DNA of 64,000 bases from assembly GCA_054600435.1 (NCBI GenBank), contig BAAIJX010000020.1:1-64000 (forward strand). Direction: 5' to 3'. Each line of letters starts with the position of its first letter. Within the stretch, counting starts at the first letter, position 1. Source of the DNA: Neophaeotheca triangularis (taxonomy: Eukaryota). Below the pieces are notes generated by a model that was not told the DNA's origin, searched no databases, and saw nothing but the letters and a program-made list of their open reading frames with translations. A program made the position numbers and the translations under genes. Below, in pieces: positions 55,165 to 64,000 of the stretch.

Positions 55165-55545
55165 ATCGTTTATGTCTCAGGGTGCTACTCGTAAGGGCAT
55201 CTAGTCTAGATTGTACTACACTTACTAGATTCAACATCCTATATAAAGTATAGGGGTTAGTACCGCTGTTTTGGAAATTTTACCTCGGATTTACGACACA
55301 TTACGCGTAAATCGCGCCTATATAGTTCTATATATAAGGGTAAGTAACACACCGCTACTAGTCGTCCTATTATTTAATAAGATAGCCGCCCCCCCCTCCC
55401 TCTTTCTTCTTCCTTTTACTCTCTTCTACCTCGTAGTTGTCTCTATATACGTATAGCTTTACTTCTTACTCTTTTTTAACATCATCTTTCGTCTTAACCT
55501 TGCTCACGCGTACATCTCTAATACCGAGCCACTATAGACAACTAA

Positions 55546-57111
55546 ATGCCGACATAGGCTAACAATCCGATTTGCCCGCGCTCGAAGGGGAATCACGAGC
55601 GACTCTATGGCTACCTAGATACGTGTCCTACATACGGACTCCGTAACCCCTACCCCCTAGATAGGAGGGGTGTCCGCTATTCGTTAGTAGTCCCTATTAC
55701 TACTACCCTAAGAGGCCTACTACGAGATAGCGCCTATCTAGACTAGTATATATCCTCGACAAACACCTCTAACTATACCGGTAGTAGCTCCTAGACCTCC
55801 TCCTATCGGGAACTAGCGAATCGAGAGCATAGCTATAGGAACCTAGTAGTAGGAGTTATAGACCGAGACGACAGCGATCTAGGCCGCTAAATCCGTCCTA
55901 TATACACCGTCTTCCAAAAATCCTATACTAATAAGTACTATACGCTAGCCGGTAATCGACTACAAAACCTCTAGGGTAGGCCTTATACGGGCTCGATAGC
56001 TTTAAGCTTACGTAACTCGGAGGCGACTTAGCGTAGTAATAGCTCCGGACCTCTAGCTCCGAAGCCTATTAAGTTCCGGATAGAGGTTACTTTTTAGTTA
56101 TAAGAGGTTACTATTATTACTTATGGCGGCGACGAGCCTAGTATAGACCTATAGAAGTACGACGAGCTACGTAAGATCTAGGAGGTTACGGACGGCTTTA
56201 TAGAGCAGGCCTTCGTCGAGTCCGGCTTACCTCTTTTAGGCTTCTTAACTACGTAGTATAGTAATAAGTAGACGAGGGACCTTAAATCGACCTAGACTCG
56301 GTACTACACTTATCGCTTTGTTAATAGTTTCGACGATGACGATTGTCTACGCGACTATAGTAGTGTAGTCGAGAGCATGTCGGTCCGAGAAGCACTAATC
56401 CCCTTTAAGGCTAGTAAAAACAAGCCTTATAAGGTAGTAATCGTCGTCTAGTTACGTACTAACCGTTAGAGCAAAAAGAAGAAGAGTAAGAAGAGCAAGA
56501 TAATAGTGACACCCTAGAACCACTAGACTAGCGACGACGCTAGCGAAGATATACGCTATAGTATAGAGACCGGAGATACGCCGATTAAGAAGGAGCAGTT
56601 ATAGACTTCGAGGGTATAGCTCCCTAACGTGATTAGGGAGTTCATAGACCTAATAGGCTATATACTAACCCTACGAGCTATACGAGCTACTACGCGAGGC
56701 GGTAACGAGTCGTTCTATTGCGATCTAGTCCCTAGGCCGACCTTTAATGCATTTATAGGGTACGGAGGGGATACGGAGTAAGAGGGGGAGTAAGAGGGGG
56801 AAGCGGACAGCAAATCTACTACGCGAGATAAGCAAGATGTGACTAGTACTAGTAACGACGGTTCCGAGTCGTCGCGCTTATCGAGTCTACTGTCTTTAGA
56901 CCCCCTCGACCCTCTTACCTATAGTAACGGGGGTTCTAGCGGCATACGGACCGGCGATAAGTTACACGGTAAGGAAGGGGAGATGCCTCGCCGCTCTAAA
57001 CGAGCTAGGCCTGTCGATAAAGAAGATAGAGGTTAGTAGGGGGGATAGGGGTAGGGAAAGTCTAGGGGTAAGGGTAAGGGTAAGGGCAAAGGAAGGGGGA
57101 AGAAGGGGTGA
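55546..57111 (+). pseudogene. Transposon ORF2, unknown function (Cys/His N-terminus, basic GK-rich C-terminus)
   Basis: 522 codons ATG-to-TGA in one frame interrupted by RIP-type stops; NPICPRSKGNHERL..DTCPT(Y/C)GLRNP; KKKKSKKSK; ends GKGKGKGKGRGKKG. Confidence 0.6.
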
Positions 57112-57230
57112 ATAGTAGGAGACTTATAGTACCTATACCCTACATAGGTATAGGGGGGAGCCGTAGGACTTAGTGCTTATGATTGCTGCTTTTTTTCGTT
57201 TTTTTTTCGTTTTTTTTATAAGAAATATGT

Positions 57231-57579
57231 TTACGAGTCAGCCACTATATACGCATAAATATCAACAAAATCTCGGTTTTTTTCTTCTCATAATGATAGG
57301 GCGCTTTAAGAGGCTTTTTTTTTGATTTTTAGTCTTTTTTTAGTCTTTTTTTGATTAATTTTGTTTTTTAGGGTAGGAGTTTAGTTTAGTCTATTTTGCG
57401 AGTCAACCACTATATAGGCATGAGTATTAATAATATACTTTTTTTTTCTTTTTTTTTTCGCGGATTTGCTCTTAAATTAAGTGTTTTTTTCTTTTAGTTA
57501 CTAGTTTTTCCTTCTTTTCTTATCCTTTTTATTATGTAAATTTGCGAGTTAGCCACTATTTGCGTATAAGTATCAATAA
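57231..57579 (+). repeat. Three copies of a ~38-bp motif within the T-rich spacer of the transposon
   Basis: TTRCGAGTYARCCACTAT... at 57231, 57396 and 57542. Confidence 0.85.
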
Positions 57580-57825
57580 ATCGTTCTTTTTTTGCTTCTT
57601 AATTCATAACATAAGAGAAATTCTTAAAATTCGAGTTTATAGCGATTTTTCATAGATTTTAAGGGGTAAAATCAAGGTTTATAGGGTCAATTAGTTGAAT
57701 TTAGGTAAGATTTAATGAATTCATTGATTTTTAAAGTAAATAAACTCCGACTCGTAGTTAACTTAGGGTATAATAGCTAGATTCAGCTCTTAAAACCTAA
57801 AACTCCTTATTTAACCTCCCCTTAC

Positions 57826-58400
57826 TTAGGTACCGGGCCTCCTAAACTCGAGCGCACGGATTCTAGTAGAGAGAGTCTAGATCGCAGCCTCTACTAATAC
57901 TAATCGCTCCTTAATTGAGGGGGGACTCTTATTATAGTTAGTAGTATAGCGAGACTTACTCTACCTTTTGTAAAGCGCGTATGTCTGCCCCTTATCGACT
58001 ACTATACCGCTCTCGAGCTTAAGGCGCTTATAAACACGGTAAGGTAGCTAATTACTATAGCGAGTACACTCTAAGTAAGGCTCCGCCGTATCTATCCTAA
58101 CCTCCTTATCCTCTGTAATCTTACTAGCCGTAGCAAACTTCCTTAACTTATTAGCTGCATTTTTATGTATCGTACCTACTTTTAACTTGCTAAGCTACTC
58201 GTCCTAAGTCTCTTGCTTTACGAACTAAAAGTCGCTCGAGTCGGTAGTTTTAGGGCGGTAGAGCCTTATAAGGTCGTAGATAGTGATATCGCTCGGGTCC
58301 GGCTCGGGACTAACTTTACGTCTATTTATGCGTGAGTTAGTATAGAGTGTGCTTAAAAGGTGTTTAATTTAGGAAAAAACACCTACTTTTTAGGGGGTAT
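57826..58400 (-). pseudogene. Transposon ORF3: NLS + Cys cluster + coiled-coil (exons 58400-58387, 58321-57826)
   Basis: Phase-2 intron GTAGGT..CTAAC..TAG yields (M>I)PPKKRKVSPEPD; EPYLEC..LPYRVY..TYALYKR..SRY reverts (TAC/TAT to TGC/TGT) to CxxC..C..CxxC..C; IKERLVLVEAAI*TLSTRIRALE heptads. Confidence 0.65.
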
Positions 58401-59116
58401 AGCAAGTAAATTTTAGCTAGTGGTTTTATTAGTATAATATATAGCCTATAAGCTAGTAGATGCTTAATAGACTATGACTGCTATGCCCTAACGAGGGAGG
58501 CTTAGTGTGATCGAGTGAAGGGACCGGTAGTGGTGGTAGTGGTGGTGGTAGGTAGAAGGTAGACGAGGTAGTAAGGTCGCGACTTTATGGCTGTCGCGCG
58601 CCGCGTAAAATAATGCCTTAGGCCGCATGCGGCCATAATCGCAATTTGCGGCATGAAAGAAATGTAGGACTTGAACTATTATAACAAAGGTGCGCATAGT
58701 GTGTAAATAAAGAGGGAGTAGTACCGTAAGGAAAAACAAAGAAGTTTAAAAGTTCAGTGAAGCCGCGGGGCCGCGGGAAAAAAATCCGAGTCTTCGTAGG
58801 AGTGTACGACCGTCCTAGCCACGACTTCTGCCTGTGATGCCTTAGGGTTTTTGGCCAAGCCTAACAAAGTCGACCGACGACATTCTCCTTTCCGCCTCTA
58901 CTGCTGCTGACTGTCCCCTTCCACCACCATCATCACCCTTCCACCCGCCTTCCCTCTCGTCTTCACCGCCATCAGAATGTGCTCGTCGCCATTATTCTGA
59001 ACATGCGAGCAGCGCCGCGAACACCAACGGCTAATCCACCGCGCTTGCGCCTGCAGTGAAGCAGCGCGACAACTTTCACCTCACCCTCTCCCTTCAGCCT
59101 GATCTTACTTCACCCA

Positions 59117-61523
59117 ATGACCGCTACCGCTCGCAAGACAGCTGCGCCTCCGTCTTTTGCTCCTTCTGCCAAGATGGACGAACGCAAGAGATCGCTCGCC
59201 GTTGACATGGACGTGGACGTTGCCCCAAGTCGCAAGAGGCTGGCCAAGGATGAAAATGGTCAACCTATGCGCATGGACGCTGAGAAGGAGAAGGATGTCG
59301 AGGTGAGATCCCGCTGCCGTTTGATCACGCAGCTACGCTCTCTTGGTATACTAACATGCCGTTTCACAGAGCTACCAGAAGGACTCGATTCTGCGACAGA
59401 TGAAGGAATACAAACGCGAAAAGAAGGTTTACGAGGAACGTGCTTCTGAACTTCTGAAGAAGTCGCAGTACCACGATGATCATCTCCGCACCACCGATGC
59501 CTGGTTCTCCCAATTGCTTGACGAAGTTCGCGTGCTCGCCGGCGAAATCCTCCCGGCGCCACCTGCCAGCGCAACATCCAACGGTAAGATAAATTGCCTC
59601 TTTCTTCACAAAGTATCGCATTTGCTAAGAGATGGTTTTAGGTACCGAACTGTTCAGATCTGCTCTCGAGTTTTCCGACAACGAGACTTTCTCCGTACAT
59701 CTCGCTGATCGCTCTTCGCAAATTAGGTCTGCCATTCGCGATCTTTTCGGCAGATTTTCTTCTGCAACCCCAGAGATCAAGGACCTACAGGAGAAGGTTG
59801 CCACGGCGTTGGCTCAAGAGAAGTCGGCGATTGTGCAATGTCAGGCTCTGAGCTCGGAAAAGCAATCACTTGATGAAAGGCTAGAGGAAGCTTCGTATCG
59901 CTACATGATGGCCGAGAAGAAGCTGGACAGGGCGAAAAGCGCGCAGGTACAGAAGCTGGAGAGACAAGCAATGTTTGGTGGCGGAAACGGCGAATCCTCG
60001 TCCGGAGACAAAGCTGGCACGCCTGTCAAGAAGGAACAATCTGTTAACGGTGAATTAGAGAATGGTGTTACCAGCGTTGAAAGCGAGCACGCTCGCAAGG
60101 AGGCGGAGGCTCAGGCCGCGCAGCGCAAACAACAGCTCGACGAAATGGAGGCGGACAACTCACGACTTACGAACGAACTGAGCGCGGCTAGGACGAAACT
60201 GGCTAGTCTTTCAGACGACGACTATGCCGAGACGTCGTTGTTCAAGACTTTCAAATCGCAGCACTCGGAAATGATTAAAAAGCTCAACGATTTGGAGGCT
60301 ATCAACTTGACCCTGCAAGAGGAAGCCAAGAAGTCACAAGCACAGCGTACTGCCTACCGGCAGAGCGTGGACACGGAGCTACGCACACAAACCGAGGATT
60401 TGGAGTCTCAGATCGGCCGTCTTGAATCAGATCTCGCACGTGTTCGAGGCGGCAGAGATGAGGCGATAGCTGAGCGAGATATGCGCAAAGCCAACGAGGA
60501 GAACCGCAGAACATCTGCAGACCAGGCGAAGGAGCTAGCCGAAGCTCGCGATTCACGAATCCGAGCTTTGGAGTCCGAAGTAGAGCGTTTGAAACTACAG
60601 CGGGGTGAAGCCAGCGTCATGGAAACCGACACTGAAGAGATGGATGCCGAAGCGCTTAGAATGAAGGTCCGTAATCTGGAGAGCCAATACGCCATGCTCA
60701 GCAACGAACTGCCATCGATGGAAGCCGCGTGGAAGAAGACGCAAGCTCTAGCCGCGAAGAAGGTCACAGATGTTGCGAGCTGGGAAGAGCAAATTGCCCG
60801 TCTCAGCGCTGAAAAAGCCAAAGCAGATCAGAAATACTTCTCCACCATGAAAGCCAAAGAAGCTCGCGAGGGCGAGTTGCGCCTCCTCGTCAATACCAAC
60901 AAACGCTCGGGAGAGATCGTTTCTCAGCTCAAAGATTCTGATGGCAAGAACAAGGAACTTATCATGGGTCTTGAGCGACAGGTTGCCGAAGCTCGTGAAG
61001 CGCTCGGCAAGCTAGAAACTCAATACCGCGGTATGGAGCAAAAGCACAAGGAAGTCAACTTGTCGAGCGAGGGTTTGCGCAAGCAGATTGAGGAGTTGAA
61101 GGCCATTGTCAGCAGCAAGGACAAGGACCTTTTGGAGTCAGGCAAGCTGAAGCGCGAGGCGGAGGAGTCGCTTTCTTCGGTCACACTCAAGCTGGAGGAC
61201 GCCAAGAAGGCCAACGACACTCTCAAGAAGCAGAAGAGTAGCTGGCAGACCTCGGATTCGGACGATTGGCGCGTGAGTCTTATCCTCTTTGCAACATGCA
61301 CTTCACATTGGAAAGCACTTTTCACTAACTTATTTCTTTACAGGCCCTAGCAATCTGTTCCGTCTGCAACGGCAACATCCGCGACACGGTCCTCAAGCAA
61401 TGCGGCCACGTGTTCTGCAGCGAGTGCGTCGCCAAGCTCGTCGCACAGCGCTCCAGGCGTTGTCCGAGCTGTCAGAAGACTTTCGGCAGCAACGACTCCC
61501 TGCGGATTCATTTGACCGGGTGA
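59117..61523 (+). CDS. BRE1: Histone H2B E3 ubiquitin ligase Bre1 (exons 59117-59302, 59370-59583, 59642-61272, 61344-61523)
   Basis: YQKDSILRQMKEYKREK; long coiled coil; EKAKADQKYFSTMK; terminal C3HC4 RING CSVC..CGHVFCSEC..CPSC; all introns phase-compatible. Confidence 0.95.
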
Positions 61524-62699
61524 TGGAGAGTAGGCAGGGGCTATGGGACGAGCTATGTTTCGAAGACTGCAGGGGGTGAAATTTCAAGCGCTCTTACGGT
61601 GCATGGTCCGCGCGCCGTTTGTCGGGCGTTGTTGGCAGAGCGGTGTTTGCACGCTTCGTCTTGAGGGCTGAGTTGAGTGCCATAAAGCTTTTGCCCGTCA
61701 GGTCGGACGTTTGCGGAGGGAGGGTCTGCGAGAGAGACCATGACGTGCCATGAAGCTGAATGGCATGGAAAGTTTTATCATTCGTCGGCCTCTTTTATTG
61801 AGGTTGGGCATGTATTCAAATCCCAACTATGAAACGAGCTGTGGGTTTCTGGTCTCATTCTTTCATTCTCCACTTCAGAGACTGACTTCTCCTGATTTTG
61901 GGACACGAGTTCCTGGGAACCTGCTTCTTCTGGGCCTTTTCCCTCTCCACGGAGACTTCTCATTTCCCTTGCCGCGAGCAGAATCGCCTCCCGCCTCCTG
62001 TGACTGCTCAGAGGAATTGTCGGCCGGTTGGGGTACATTGCACAGTGAGTCAATGGGTTTGTTCCTAGCCCCCTGAACACGAAAATTGCAATGTCTTGCA
62101 AACTTCAACAAGTCATGAGTGATCTTTCTATCAGCTGCTGCAACATTTGCTTCCGGCCTCCTTGCCTCGCAAATTCTGTCTTGTAATGTCTGCTCTTCTC
62201 GACAGTCCTGTCCCCTCTTTTCTTCCTTTCCCTACTTCCACTTGGCTCAGAGCAATCGCAGCTAGTGACGGTCCCTTGTAGGGGGCTTTACTATCGTGAC
62301 TCTCCACCTCCTGTCACCTATATTGACGACGAACGGGCAAAGAAGTACACGCCAGGGGCACCACGCGTCTTCCTCGTCCCTTTCTTTGTGGATTCATACC
62401 TCTCGACAAGTCACTATAACCAAACCTTCGCAGACCTATACCTTTGGACACCCTTTTCGCTTTCCCCTTAGACCTTTCCCCTTCCTCTCTTTTCCAACAA
62501 ACTCTCTAACCCCCCTTGAATCTTACCACTTGTTTCATCTACCAACTACTACCAATTCAACGACTCTCCCGATTCCGGCCACTCTCCCATTTCCAACCTT
62601 CTCTACCACTCAACCTTCCCGCTCCTCCCCACTCTCCTAACCAACACCCTCCTACTCCATCAACAAACCTTCCAAAACAACCCCAAACACCCGCCTGCC

Positions 62700-63470
62700 A
62701 TGCACCCCTACGCACGCGCGAAATTGCAGCAACGAGCCATGCTCCGACAGCAAGCCATGCTCCAACAGCAAGCAATGCTCGAAGCGCAAATGCAGGGCGC
62801 TGGCGCTATGGGCCAGATGGATCCGCGGCAGCAGATGATGCTTGCTCAGATGCAAGAGGGTGGCGGCAGGATCGGCAGTGAATTGGGCGGTGGAATGGGC
62901 GGCTTTCGAGGTATTGACCCACGGCAGCAGATGATGGCTGCGGTGCTGGGCGGCGGTATGGGCGGCATGGGTGGCGGCATGGGCGGCGGCGGCGGCATCG
63001 GAGGTGGACAGATGAATCCGCAGCAGCAAATGATGATGATGGCTGCTTTGCAGCAGCAACAGCAAATGCAAAGCGGCGGTATGGAGCCTCAGCAGATGAT
63101 GGGAAGCGGTATGGATCCCGGCCAGCAGCAGATGCAGGGTGGTGGTGTGGATCCTCAGCAGATGATGGGAAGGGGTATAGATCCCGGCCAGCAGCAGATG
63201 CAGGGTGGTGGTATGGATCCTCGGTCGATGATAGGAGGGGGGATGGGAGGGACCATGGATCCACGCCAGCAGCAGATGATGGCGCAGATGATGGGGGCCG
63301 GCGGCGCAGGCGGTATGGGTGGAATGGGCGCGCAGGGGGGCCAAGGGGGTGAGGGTTTTTGGGGAGGCGTGGGTGGCATGGGCGGAATGAGCGGGATGGA
63401 TGGCATGGGTGGCTTTGGTGGTGGCCCGAAGGGAGGTATGGGCGGACGACGTCGTCGCAGGCGCTTTTGA
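62700..63470 (+). CDS. Gly/Met/Gln-rich low-complexity repeat protein, 256 aa
   Basis: GCCATG start after a C/T-rich leader; about nine (M/I/V)(D/E/N)PxQQ(Q)M units; GGM tracts; ends RRRRRRF. Confidence 0.72.
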   Translation: MHPYARAKLQQRAMLRQQAMLQQQAMLEAQMQGAGAMGQMDPRQQMMLAQMQEGGGRIGSELGGGMGGFRGIDPRQQMMAAVLGGGMGGMGGGMGGGGGIGGGQMNPQQQMMMMAALQQQQQMQSGGMEPQQMMGSGMDPGQQQMQGGGVDPQQMMGRGIDPGQQQMQGGGMDPRSMIGGGMGGTMDPRQQQMMAQMMGAGGAGGMGGMGAQGGQGGEGFWGGVGGMGGMSGMDGMGGFGGGPKGGMGGRRRRRRF

Positions 63471-64000
63471 CGGGGTGGAGTTTGCGGAATTGCGGCCTGG
63501 AGGTTATTGGACTACCTGGAAGGGTCTACGGGACGGTTTTGACTAGGTTCGTGGAGTTAGGGTATAATTACTGGAAGAGGCGTTGATTTTGGTATCTACT
63601 ACTGTGACTACGTCTAATGGCCCTTGATTTTCGCACTCGCACCATAGCGCCGTACTCTTGTCTCTGGTTTAGACCGGTGAAAAAGGTACTAATTCACTTC
63701 CTTTACTCGCTTAATCTGCGCGTCGAGCATCGCATCCCCGACCGTCAGCAACGTTAATTGATGTGTCCGTTTCATCGAGCCATAGATGGATTTTGAAGGG
63801 TATGGATCTCAGATACTACCGAGACAACCACACACTCGCTACCACAACTACCTGAGGACGTCCCTCTCCAGCAGATTACTCTCCCAACCCCTCTCGCCAT
63901 CCCCAGATCCCTTACCCATTTACCTCACTTCATCTTCTTCCCCTCACCCCCTCTCTGACCACTAGCCCCTCCCCTTCCCCCAAATGCACTCCAAACAACC

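Larger units (their letters stand above)
53150..58815 (+). mobile_element. RIP-inactivated TIR DNA transposon (5666 bp) with IS3/integrase-type DDE transposase and two extra genes
   Basis: TIRs 53150-53182 and 58783-58815 (30/33 identical); flanked by TA on both sides (53148-49, 58816-17); interior visibly TpA-rich and CpA/TpG-poor with many TAG/TAA stops; sharp compositional boundaries. Confidence 0.92.

Noticed and set aside
53150..58815. LTR retrotransposon or Tc1/mariner identity for the RIPed element
   Set aside because: Ends are inverted rather than direct repeats; no RT/RNaseH motifs seen; catalytic motifs are not DD34E/D-like despite TA flanks

Overview
Gene-dense genomic DNA of a filamentous ascomycete (probably a Dothideomycete; inferred from short GT-AG introns with CTAAC branch sites, a dispersed 5S rRNA gene and a RIP-mutated transposon). 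The backbone is housekeeping genes: a MARVEL protein, BET5, a CaM kinase kinase, an Edc1/PNRC-like decapping activator, RBX1, SPC1, ALR1, THO2, MTO1, a SUN-domain Slp1-like gene, HEM1, BDP1 and BRE1. Three accessory segments are embedded. (1) An intronless HET-E-like NACHT-WD40 NLR (7.6-12.2 kb). (2) A 21-32 kb block with a 5S rRNA gene plus a truncated tandem copy, a C2H2-zinc-finger/ankyrin gene, and a divergent pair of a signal-peptide-bearing RidA/YjgF imine deaminase and a secreted L-amino-acid oxidase sharing a GATA-site-rich promoter. This pair is the best candidate for an undescribed system: extracellular LAAO+Rid amino-acid deamination. (3) A 5.67-kb RIP-inactivated TIR DNA transposon with three genes (Clr5-like + IS3/integrase-type DDE transposase, and two Cys-rich genes) inserted in the BDP1/BRE1 divergent promoter. 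Also noted: a 135-codon in-frame extension past the THO2 stop, a TGA-CTA leaky-stop uORF upstream of ALR1, a CBC:HapX-type site upstream of HEM1, and a Gly/Met/Gln repeat protein. All family assignments are from motif recognition by eye; no searches were run.
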